Shown: one piece after another, positions 18,060-25,950 of the stretch
Numbering within the stretch: the stretch's first letter is position 1
Layout: each line of letters starts with the position of its first letter
IMG/VR virus record: IMGVR_UViG_3300023213_000238
Length of the DNA: 64,000 nt
Reading direction: 5' to 3' (one strand)
Origin: a virus
Translations under genes and position numbers: made by a program
The notes under the pieces: model-generated
What the model was told of the DNA's origin: nothing
The model's database searches: none
Seen by the model: the letters and a program-made list of their open reading frames with translations, nothing else

Positions 18060-18767
18060 TTACCGCACGTCGCCAGCGACGTTCGCGTACAGATTGAACC
18101 AGAGCAACGACGGCTGCCCGTCGGCGCCCTGTCCAGCGTTGAACGCGAGAGATGCACCGCCCGCCACGCCGTACACGCCTTCAAGCGTGTCGTTTCGGGC
18201 GACCGGGATCGGGATCTTCAACCGCCGGAGTGCCCCAGGCCAACCGTTGTTGACAACGGACGCGGTCTGAGCGGTACCGGTGGTCGAAACCGAACCGAAC
18301 GCTGCGCCAGAGCACGGGAACGCGAAGATCGGCCCGATGATCTGTGGCTTGTTCGCGATCCTGAGGATGAAGAACGACTTGCTGAGCACGTCGTTCACTT
18401 CGAACTGAGTCATGCCGAACGCACGGGGAGCGCCGGACGTCAACACGATAGATGCACCTTCGCAGGTGACACCGATCGCGCGGAGTGCAGCATCGCCGAT
18501 GGCCGAACCGAGTTCGCCAGCCTTGGTGAGGTTGGTCGTGGACTCAGTGAACGTGGTCTGGTGCGAGTTCGCAGTGGCGGTCTTACCAGAGCCTTTCAGC
18601 TCAGGAATCGACTGTCCCTGCGGAATCGTGAACACCTTCTGGATTCCAGCGCCACCGTCAGCGAGGACGAGTGCGCTGTAAATGTGCTCGTCTCGAAAGT
18701 CCGACTTCCCACCAACCGCGGTGGGAGACCGGAATCTCGGATCGGGCAATACGAGTTTCGGTTGCAT
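18060..18767 (-). CDS. candidate major capsid protein, single jelly-roll type
   Basis: 235 aa, beta-rich; motif order IYS..FTIPQGQ..TTNLTKAGEL..AIGV..RIANKP..FP..NG.P..IPIPV resembles, from memory, capsid proteins of tailless viruses; first large gene after the core-protein genes; hairpins downstream. Confidence 0.55.
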   Translation of the reverse strand: MQPKLVLPDPRFRSPTAVGGKSDFRDEHIYSALVLADGGAGIQKVFTIPQGQSIPELKGSGKTATANSHQTTFTESTTNLTKAGELGSAIGDAALRAIGVTCEGASIVLTSGAPRAFGMTQFEVNDVLSKSFFILRIANKPQIIGPIFAFPCSGAAFGSVSTTGTAQTASVVNNGWPGALRRLKIPIPVARNDTLEGVYGVAGGASLAFNAGQGADGQPSLLWFNLYANVAGDVR

Positions 18768-18870
18768 TTTGTTTCTACCTTCTATTTGCGGGCTTGAAGC
18801 CCTTTGTTTTCCCTCTCCTCAACTCCGAGACTGCCGCCAGAGGGTGACGGCTGTCTCACTCTCTTTCCTC

Positions 18871-19248
18871 TCACCTCTTCATCTTCATCAGGAACAGAAT
18901 CCCGACGACTCCCACCCCGGCCAGAGCGATATGCGTGACGGTCAGGCCGCCAAGAATTCCGCCTGGCTTACCCAGCCGTGCATAGCCGGGTTGATACTGT
19001 GACGCCGGTCCAGATCCGGGAGCGCCCGAACCTGGATACGGCTGAGTTGCCGGAGCTGCCGGAGCCGGCTTGAACGCGGTAACAACTGCCGCTGTACCTG
19101 ACGCCAGATCCTTGAGCCCACCCGTAAGATCCGACCACCAATCACCGAACGCTGCGTAGCGCCGGTAGTTGTCGAATGCTTCATCGTCTCTGGCGTCACC
19201 CTGCCAGACACGCTCGGCATTGGCTTGTCCGTCGTCAATGATAGCCAT
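18871..19248 (-). CDS. virion membrane protein
   Basis: YAAFGD motif, Pro/Gly linker, C-terminal TM ending MKMKR. Confidence 0.6.
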   Translation of the reverse strand: MAIIDDGQANAERVWQGDARDDEAFDNYRRYAAFGDWWSDLTGGLKDLASGTAAVVTAFKPAPAAPATQPYPGSGAPGSGPASQYQPGYARLGKPGGILGGLTVTHIALAGVGVVGILFLMKMKR

Positions 19249-19266
19249 GACGTCACCCCCAGCTCG

Positions 19267-19863
19267 CTACGGAGCGAGGCGTTCCATCATGTCTTCGTTG
19301 CCGTAGTCGGACATCGCGCTAGCCGACAGGTCGGATAGCACCTGCGACTGCACCGGGTTGTCGACGATCACGCCGGCATAGTCATTGTAGCCGGGATTAC
19401 CCGTGATGTAGTTGTCGACGATCACGCCGTTGTAACCAGCGTACTCGGCCATCGAAGGCAGAGTTACGAAGTCGGCGTACCGCTTGAGCGGACCGAGATC
19501 CCAGAGGTAGCCGACCAGAACAGTCGCACCACCCGCGATGACGCCGCCTGCCAGAGCCGCATTAGCCCACTGCGGTTTCTTTGCAGCTTTCAGCGCAACG
19601 CCGAGACCGAGCCCGCCTGCGATTCCGCCCAGAAGCGGGTAGAATCGCGCGACCATAGGTGGCACCTTGTCTTCGAGCTTCGTCGCGCTCAAAAGCCACT
19701 TGAGCAGAACGGTCCCGCCGACTACCGCAGCACCACCGCCGAGAACGAGCGGAAGATTGTGTTTTACTGCGCGCATCGCATCCTTGCCGACTCCAGTGAA
19801 GCCCGGCATGGTGATGAACGCGCCGTAGCGTCTTCGATGACGCCGTCTGTGATACCTTGCCAT
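19267..19863 (-). CDS. polytopic membrane protein with Arg-rich N-terminus and acidic repeated C-tail
   Basis: MARYHRRRHRRRYGAF; three TM segments; GVIVDN twice. Confidence 0.65.
   Translation of the reverse strand: MARYHRRRHRRRYGAFITMPGFTGVGKDAMRAVKHNLPLVLGGGAAVVGGTVLLKWLLSATKLEDKVPPMVARFYPLLGGIAGGLGLGVALKAAKKPQWANAALAGGVIAGGATVLVGYLWDLGPLKRYADFVTLPSMAEYAGYNGVIVDNYITGNPGYNDYAGVIVDNPVQSQVLSDLSASAMSDYGNEDMMERLAP
19357..19429. repeat. 19-bp direct repeat, period 54 nt
   Basis: GTTGTCGACGATCACGCCG at 19357-19375 and 19411-19429. Confidence 0.9.
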
Positions 19864-19905
19864 TGTGTTTATCCTCTCTCCTTGAAAGTTGAGCTGTTCA
19901 ACGGT

Positions 19906-20076
19906 CTAGTGCCGACGCATGTAATTGCGCATGCACTTTTTCCGAGCGCGCTTGCCCTTGCCAGCGCAGTGTTTCGACGCACGACCAAGCTTCGTGCTGC
20001 CACGACGGTGCCGGCGGCGCCGCCTACGGTGGCGGCCGAACGCGTCATACCCTTCCAGAATTGCGATCCTTGCCAT
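19906..20076 (-). CDS. protamine-like protein (56 aa)
   Basis: Not in ORF track; MARIAILEGYDAFGRHRRRRRRHRRGSTKLGRASKHCAGKGKRARKKCMRNYMRRH; purine-rich SD. Confidence 0.7.
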   Translation of the reverse strand: MARIAILEGYDAFGRHRRRRRRHRRGSTKLGRASKHCAGKGKRARKKCMRNYMRRH

Positions 20077-20132
20077 TGCCTCTTCCTTCTTCCCTCATAA
20101 AACGGGCGGGACCATTCCCTCCCGGTACCGCT

Positions 20133-20471
20133 TCACATCCGCTTACGAAAACACGCATGCGCGATCTTGTTCCGCGCTGTGAACAACATCCCTTCTGAAG
20201 GTTTGCCACACGATTTCTCCGCCGCTTGAGTGAGCATCCGAAGTGCCTCTACGCAACGACCTTCCATTGCGGCCTCGCCGGCACGAGAGGCCAGATGCGC
20301 AGCATCCCGACCTCCGCCGTGATGACCGTAGCGATGTCGTCGCCGCCGGCCAAAGGCGCGCATCGGATCATGGAACATCCTCTGCTGGCGCAGGTGGCGA
20401 CGGTGCCGACGGCGTCCGAAGCCGCGATAGGACTTCGGAGCACGAATGTATTTGACCTTCTTCCGCGCCAT
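20133..20471 (-). CDS. Arg/His-rich core-like protein
   Basis: RGFGRRRHRRHLR..RAFGRRRRHRYG followed by a small helical domain. Confidence 0.7.
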   Translation of the reverse strand: MARKKVKYIRAPKSYRGFGRRRHRRHLRQQRMFHDPMRAFGRRRRHRYGHHGGGRDAAHLASRAGEAAMEGRCVEALRMLTQAAEKSCGKPSEGMLFTARNKIAHACFRKRM

Positions 20472-20475
20472 ACAC

Positions 20476-20661
20476 TTACCGCCTTCGCCTTCGTCGATGA
20501 CGTCTGTGCGCTCGCTCGAAATACTTCTTCCAACGCCGATGACACGCGGTGAGCGCTTTCTTGCCTCGACGCTTTCGTATCCCTTTGCAGGCGATTGCGG
20601 CTTTCACCATCGGCGATGCCGCAGCTGCTTTCGCTCGTGCGATGTTTGATCGATAGCCCAT
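20476..20661 (-). CDS. protamine-like protein (61 aa)
   Basis: R/K-rich, ends RRHRRRRRR; TAATG overlap. Confidence 0.7.
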   Translation of the reverse strand: MGYRSNIARAKAAAASPMVKAAIACKGIRKRRGKKALTACHRRWKKYFERAHRRHRRRRRR

Positions 20662-21140
20662 TAACGCTTCCCTCGTTTCTTTCGAAGAGTCAGCAGAACG
20701 CCAACTCCGAGCAGCCCGGCGCCGATCAGCAACACGTTGGTGGAAAGGCCGCCGATCAGACCGGCTCCTGATACTGGCGCGAACGTACCGCCTGGCTGAG
20801 CAGCAGACGGCGCAGCAGCAGCAGCAGCAGGACCGGCCACCGGGAGCTTATCGGGCGGAAGCCCTCGCTCAGCACGGCCAAAGATCGTCCAGGGTGCAAA
20901 GAAACCAGTGACCTTACACTTCGGGAGCGCGCCCGCATCAGGCTGACTACCGCTCGGCCCGTACCGCTGATCGCACCAATCTGTCCACGCGTCACCGAAC
21001 CCGAGATATGCCGACGGTGAGACATAGCCGCGGTATTGTGTGCTGAGCGGCACGTCGACGGCGCCATATCGCCGTGCTCGCGCTCCGTAGTATCGAGTCG
21101 TAAGAGGAACATCTTGCGCGCCGAAGTTATCGAAGATCAT
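20661..21140 (-). CDS. virion membrane protein
   Basis: Start moved to MIFDNFGA (TGATG overlap); internal GAxDVPLxTxY repeat; C-terminal TM followed by RKKRGKR. Confidence 0.6.
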   Translation of the reverse strand: MIFDNFGAQDVPLTTRYYGARARRYGAVDVPLSTQYRGYVSPSAYLGFGDAWTDWCDQRYGPSGSQPDAGALPKCKVTGFFAPWTIFGRAERGLPPDKLPVAGPAAAAAAPSAAQPGGTFAPVSGAGLIGGLSTNVLLIGAGLLGVGVLLTLRKKRGKR

Positions 21141-21760
21141 CAGAGCCACTCGATCAGGTTGTAGCCGCCCGGAGGGTTCCAACCGACGACACCATCGCCA
21201 CCGACATCAGCTGAAGTGTCGAGTGCGACGACGCCCTTCCACGGCTGCTTTTTTGGAAAACGAACAACGGCGAAGACGTGATCTGGTTCATTCACCTTTC
21301 GACCCCATGCGTTCAAGCCCGCCTGGAATCCGCCAGCTGCCGCCAGCGCGGCAACGAGCGAAGCGTGACCGTCGCAGTCCTCGGCGCACATGCCTTCCTT
21401 GCACATCTCGAGGATCCGATAGGGCGAGGTGAAGAGATCGAATGCGACGGGATCGCCGATGTAGCGCAGCCCGCGCTGGAGACCTGGCACCTTGTCGGTC
21501 CCGTACTTGACCGCGTTGTAAATCGCGTCCAGCTCGCACCAGTCATCGCGAGCGTCGCACTCCATCGTGATCGCGGTCACGGCGCGGCGAAGTGTTGCCA
21601 GATGAGGCTCGAACAGCGACCGGCGTGTCAGCTTGGCGAGAGTCTTGAGAGCAGCCTGCTGGTCTCGAGTCGAAACGAATCGAGCCCGAGGCTGCACCTC
21701 GACCGAGCGCTCTTCACCTAGATATCCGAATGTCCCGTACTGACGACGATGAAGTCTCAA
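21140..21760 (-). CDS. transglutaminase-like cysteine protease
   Basis: EDCDGHASLVAAL (Cys), DHVFAVV (His), ALDTS (Asp) triad in canonical order; first gene of the structural operon. Confidence 0.8.
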   Translation of the reverse strand: MRLHRRQYGTFGYLGEERSVEVQPRARFVSTRDQQAALKTLAKLTRRSLFEPHLATLRRAVTAITMECDARDDWCELDAIYNAVKYGTDKVPGLQRGLRYIGDPVAFDLFTSPYRILEMCKEGMCAEDCDGHASLVAALAAAGGFQAGLNAWGRKVNEPDHVFAVVRFPKKQPWKGVVALDTSADVGGDGVVGWNPPGGYNLIEWL

Positions 21761-21882
21761 AGCGCCTCAGCTCATAGAGGTCGCGCGACTTATCGGGTAC
21801 GTGGCACCCCTTAAGTAAAGAGGTTGTGGCGTGAAGGCAACAGATCCTTGCGCTGATAAAGAAAGCAGCGCATAACTATGAG

Positions 21883-22311
21883 GTGATTCTCCACAGCACG
21901 CGCTCCGGATTCGGTACTTTTGGGGCATTCCAGCTCGTGCCGCCGATGCTTGTCGGCTCTGTCCGGCAGATACTCGCCGGTCAGGGAGTAGACCCCAGCA
22001 TCCTCAGCGACAGTGGCTCCATCGACGGTGCTAACCTTCTGTCGATCGCCTTCGATCAGGTCGAGATTCGTACGGCTGCCACACCAACGGTCAAGTTTTC
22101 ATTGGCCGGCCCGACGGATCCTCAAACGGATGCGCTACTTCGCGAGTTGCAACCGGCCGTCATCCTGACCGGACGCGCTGGAACCGCCAAGATTTCTCCC
22201 TACGGCGTGCCTGGCGGAGTCAGCGACGTCTTCAAGAGCGCCGGAGTCCAGATCGGGATCGGCGCGCTACTCGCGATCGCCGCTGCTGTGCTGATCGTTC
22301 GAGCGCTATAG
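21883..22311 (+). CDS. membrane-anchored protein
   Basis: MILHSTRSGFGTFGA leader; C-terminal TM. Confidence 0.55.
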   Translation: MILHSTRSGFGTFGAFQLVPPMLVGSVRQILAGQGVDPSILSDSGSIDGANLLSIAFDQVEIRTAATPTVKFSLAGPTDPQTDALLRELQPAVILTGRAGTAKISPYGVPGGVSDVFKSAGVQIGIGALLAIAAAVLIVRAL

Positions 22312-22323
22312 AAGGTAGACACA

Positions 22324-22701
22324 ATGAAATTCCTCAAAGTCGCACTCATCGCCGCCATTCTCTGTTCCTGCAATCACGCCACGCTCGCCGCCAAGGTTGC
22401 GCCGAAAGCTCCAGCGGTAGCGGTAGATCCCGCCCCGGAGGTGGGCAAGCTTTGCGATCACCTGCTAGCTCTTCAACTTGCCGAATGGAAAGAACCGGAA
22501 GATCAGAAGCAGGCCTTCTCGATCTACTACAATGCGATGTGCAATCAGGTCTTCGAGACAGCCAAGGAAGAGGAGCCGAAGAAGTACGACGGCTATACGG
22601 TCTGCCTCATGAAGGCAAAGACGCTCGACGAGGCGAGAGCTTGCCCAGTACCGGAAGATGAAAAGCCGGCGCCTGACGCAGGTCAGCCCTCGAAGGGCTG
22701 A
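22324..22701 (+). CDS. lipoprotein with Cys-linked helical domain
   Basis: MKFLKVALIAAILCS-C lipobox; four further Cys. Confidence 0.65.
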   Translation: MKFLKVALIAAILCSCNHATLAAKVAPKAPAVAVDPAPEVGKLCDHLLALQLAEWKEPEDQKQAFSIYYNAMCNQVFETAKEEEPKKYDGYTVCLMKAKTLDEARACPVPEDEKPAPDAGQPSKG

Positions 22702-22742
22702 TTACGGTAGTGTCCTGTCGAGACTCTCGACGACGAGAGCTT

Positions 22743-22776
22743 CTTGACGCTGTGAAGTCCGCTACAAAATGTCAAG
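22743..22776. promoter_or_regulatory. CTTGAC-N22-GTCAAG inverted repeat
   Basis: Intergenic; same TTGAC-N22-GTCAA geometry as 1850-1881. Confidence 0.4.
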
Positions 22777-23032
22777 ACCTGCACGCATTGCCCCATGTAC
22801 CGCCAGGGCAGTCATAAGTTGCACAACCGACGCTACGCGTATCTGTCGGACAATACGTGGTCCCGCAGTTTTCGGTGTATGGAGCGGCCAAAACTTTAGC
22901 GGATATCAAGGATTTGATGGTTTCTTTTTTCAAAACTAGGACTTTCATAATTCAATTACCTCGGTGTCAGGCGGAGCCTTTTTGGCGCCGAAGGTTTGAA
23001 GGAGATCGAAGAGGCGATTAAAGCATGGGTGT

Positions 23033-23308
23033 TCATGGCTTCTCCTCGAAGGGCTGATTGACGATCGCCGTCACGCGTTGCCACCGATAGTAGAGCGTAT
23101 CGGCAGTCGGATGGTTCGACCAGAAGACGTGTCCACAAGAGTGTTGGATTTGGTAGAGCTTAACGTCGCGCCTAGAACCGTACTTGCGAACCACTTTGGT
23201 CTTCCCGGTCGCGTAAAGATCGTAACTCGAATCGCGACGAGGTCGATCGCGCCAATACTCTCGATACGAGCACTTCTTACAACGGAGCGTAAGCGGCGCG
23301 GCGCCCAT
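23033..23308 (-). CDS. small zinc-ribbon-like protein
   Basis: CKKC..HSCGH; TGATG overlap. Confidence 0.5.
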   Translation of the reverse strand: MGAAPLTLRCKKCSYREYWRDRPRRDSSYDLYATGKTKVVRKYGSRRDVKLYQIQHSCGHVFWSNHPTADTLYYRWQRVTAIVNQPFEEKP

Positions 23309-23493
23309 CAGTTCTTCAGCTGGCGAAGAGTAAGAGAGCCGCTCGCGGTCACGCGCTCGTAGATCATTCGACCATCTCCATCGACGACGGAGTACGAATT
23401 GATCTCTACTTGCGGTTGCTCCGCCGACTTACGGAGGTCCTCAACCGTCGGGCGAATGAACCGAACGCCTCTACAATTCAGTGGGCGGCTCAT
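23308..23493 (-). CDS. hypothetical protein
   Basis: GTGA overlap with upstream stop. Confidence 0.45.
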   Translation of the reverse strand: MSRPLNCRGVRFIRPTVEDLRKSAEQPQVEINSYSVVDGDGRMIYERVTASGSLTLRQLKN

Positions 23494-23783
23494 TCGATCA
23501 CTCCGCCTGTGTCGAGATCGATATCCGCGATCTCCTCAAAACCGCTCTCAAAGACCTTCAGGATTGGCGGAGGCGATCCGCGGTCGACCCATGCCTCATT
23601 GACGAGGCGGATCGTCTTCCACTGCCCCCTCGTCACGGCACCACGGTAGAACTCGTCGGTCTTGCGATGGGCGCGCTCGATCGCGAGCGCACGCTCGAGG
23701 TTAGACCCATAGAACGTATGGCGAACCGTCAAGATCTCTTGTCCGTCAACCACCTCATAGGTCTCTACGATGATCGCGACCAT
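23490..23783 (-). CDS. hypothetical protein
   Basis: 97-aa ORF in a coupled chain. Confidence 0.55.
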   Translation of the reverse strand: MVAIIVETYEVVDGQEILTVRHTFYGSNLERALAIERAHRKTDEFYRGAVTRGQWKTIRLVNEAWVDRGSPPPILKVFESGFEEIADIDLDTGGVIE

Positions 23784-23787
23784 ACAA

Positions 23788-24693
23788 TCACTCTATGGTG
23801 ATGCCGTTCTCGTTTTCCGCAGCCTCGATCGCCTCTTCGCGCGAATTCCACACACGAGTTTTGATTCCATACCGTTTCAGAACGAGCGCGGGTGTTGACA
23901 CCTGCTTAATCTCGACGACCTGCTCTGCGGTAGGCGTCGGATCGTAACGCAAATTCACCGGAACGGAACCCACGAATCCCCATTTACCGCTAGGAAATTT
24001 TATGAGGCTCAGAGGCAGGCGGCCAGCAATCAACGCTTTTGCTTCTGGACCCCATTCGCCACCGCTGTAATTAACCCCCTCGGCATAAGAGAGGAACTTG
24101 CGAATTGCGACACGTTTAGCAGGAACCGTTTCAGCAGCCATCACAGCTTTGTAGAGCTGCATGAACTCAGCATCATTGCGGACGCGATCGCGTGAGGCCG
24201 CATCGCTATGAGAAGAAACGAAAGCGTTCCAGCGCTCTGCCCAGACGCCATCCTTCGACGCTGCAAGTTTTCGGAAGGCCTCGTCGCTTCGGCCAGCATG
24301 ATACTCTCGCTCTTCACGCTCGGCGGCAAGGCGGCTCTCCGTTTCTTTTTTTCGGCGCTGTTCCTCTGCGTACTCTTCTCGCTCTCGTTGGAGCTTCTTG
24401 AGCGTTGGATGGACCGCAACGGCGCCGCTATCTACCTCTGCAAGGGCTTGATCGAACGAATTCGCAGCATTAAACGGCGTCCAGGGTTCCTCTTTCCCGC
24501 GACGGATATAACGATGCTCAAGAACGTGACTGGCGAACGGTTTATACCGCTGCCAATCAGGGCCGAAAGCCGCCGCCAACTCTTCCGGCCGAAAAGTGGC
24601 TACCGTACGAACGCGCCATTCAGTACGAAGAATGCCGGGCTCGCCAGTTTGCGGATCGAAACTCTCGCGTTCTTTGTAAGCGACGATCGCCAT
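23788..24693 (-). CDS. modular hypothetical protein with central coiled coil
   Basis: Start moved to MAIVAYKE just after the upstream TGA. Confidence 0.55.
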   Translation of the reverse strand: MAIVAYKERESFDPQTGEPGILRTEWRVRTVATFRPEELAAAFGPDWQRYKPFASHVLEHRYIRRGKEEPWTPFNAANSFDQALAEVDSGAVAVHPTLKKLQREREEYAEEQRRKKETESRLAAEREEREYHAGRSDEAFRKLAASKDGVWAERWNAFVSSHSDAASRDRVRNDAEFMQLYKAVMAAETVPAKRVAIRKFLSYAEGVNYSGGEWGPEAKALIAGRLPLSLIKFPSGKWGFVGSVPVNLRYDPTPTAEQVVEIKQVSTPALVLKRYGIKTRVWNSREEAIEAAENENGITIE

Positions 24694-24694
24694 T

Positions 24695-24892
24695 TCAGTG
24701 AATCTTGCCGAGATGATCGTCGAGATCTTGCTGAAGCTTCGCGACCTGGACTTTGAGCTGCTCAACATCGGCGTAGATCTGTTTGCCGAGCCAGCCACCA
24801 AGGCTGAGCGCGATAGCTGTCGCGACCCCCACGGCCCACTTGAGCACCGAGAGAGACCATCCAGGGATCAATATGCCGTTGCCCGCTTTCAT
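24695..24892 (-). CDS. small membrane protein with coiled coil
   Basis: TM WAVGVATAIALSLGGWLG followed by heptads. Confidence 0.5.
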   Translation of the reverse strand: MKAGNGILIPGWSLSVLKWAVGVATAIALSLGGWLGKQIYADVEQLKVQVAKLQQDLDDHLGKIH

Positions 24893-25019
24893 GGTCCCTG
24901 GAACTCTACCACAATCTCCGAACTTTTCTGCGCGTGTTGTTCGTCCCAGGCCTTGCAAGCCGGACAATCACACTTTGGATAATCGTGTGGACGTGCCTTC
25001 AGTCCTTGATCAGCCTTCT

Positions 25020-25544
25020 TCATTTCAATTTGCCCTCATTGAGGAAACTGTAGAACGGACCGTCGCGAGTCACGATAATGTGATCGAGGAATCGAACCCG
25101 GATGTCATCAGCCCCCCGCTTTACGCTTCGTGTTAGCTCCTCATCAGTGGTACTCGGCTCTCGTTGCCCGCCAGGATGGTTATGTACCAGAATGAAGCCT
25201 GGAACGCCAGAAGAGACGACGATACCGAGCAGCAGCGCGGGATCTACTGGAGCGCCACCCATACCACCGACGGCAAGCTCGACGAGCGAAACTACCGCGT
25301 TCGCGTTGTTCATCAGAAGAACAAGGATCGCCTCCTGCGGCAGATCCCGGTAGTGATCCTCGACGAGTCTTACGACATCGTCCGGCGATTGGATTTTCGG
25401 CTTCGGTCCCACCCACTTACAGCCTGAACGGGAGAGAGCTAGACGCTGAACCGGAAACTGGCGCCTTTCACACGGCGGGAGCTTGTCGGATGCCCGATCG
25501 CCGAACGCTTCAAGCGCGCATCTCTTCGCCCGCCTCCGTGTCAT
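25020..25544 (-). CDS. RadC-like JAB/MPN domain protein
   Basis: QEAILVLLMN..ILVHNHPGG..EPSTTD..FLDHIIV. Confidence 0.9.
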   Translation of the reverse strand: MTRRRAKRCALEAFGDRASDKLPPCERRQFPVQRLALSRSGCKWVGPKPKIQSPDDVVRLVEDHYRDLPQEAILVLLMNNANAVVSLVELAVGGMGGAPVDPALLLGIVVSSGVPGFILVHNHPGGQREPSTTDEELTRSVKRGADDIRVRFLDHIIVTRDGPFYSFLNEGKLK

Positions 25545-25552
25545 CCCGCAAC

Positions 25553-25939
25553 CTAATCCTCGAGCCCGTGGCCTTCCTCGATCCGCTTCAACTCGTCGTA
25601 GACGTCCCGCTCGAGCGCGGCAAAAGCGAGACCAGCCCAGTTGATGCTGTCCCGAGTAGCGACGCCCTCGGTACCAAACTCTTCGACGTAGGCGTCGTGG
25701 TTCCGGCTCGCCATCAGGACCCAGAAATTGTAATGGGTATAGATGATCAGCTGCGAATTGTCGACGCCTTCGTGAACGACGTCGGAGAACTCGTCATCAT
25801 CGGGCTCGATCTCGCGGTCCTTCGCGTCATCGAGAATGTTATGAGCGAGGTCCGCGACCGCATGCATGTACCAGCGCTCGATCGCGCCGATGCCTTCCTT
25901 CGCCTTTTCCTCAAAATCCTGTCTCTTCTTCCTTGCCAT
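25553..25939 (-). CDS. Ocr-like acidic DNA-mimic candidate
   Basis: DDDEFSDVVHEGVDNSQLIIY..FWVLMAS resembles T7 Ocr [30 protein letters not shown] (recalled from memory); similar size and acidity. Confidence 0.55.
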   Translation of the reverse strand: MARKKRQDFEEKAKEGIGAIERWYMHAVADLAHNILDDAKDREIEPDDDEFSDVVHEGVDNSQLIIYTHYNFWVLMASRNHDAYVEEFGTEGVATRDSINWAGLAFAALERDVYDELKRIEEGHGLED

Positions 25940-25950
25940 TGCTTTGCTCC

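Noticed and set aside
22756-22899. Short frame with CTHC in the convergent intergenic region
   Set aside because: No start codon upstream of the Cys motif; possibly a remnant but unsupported.
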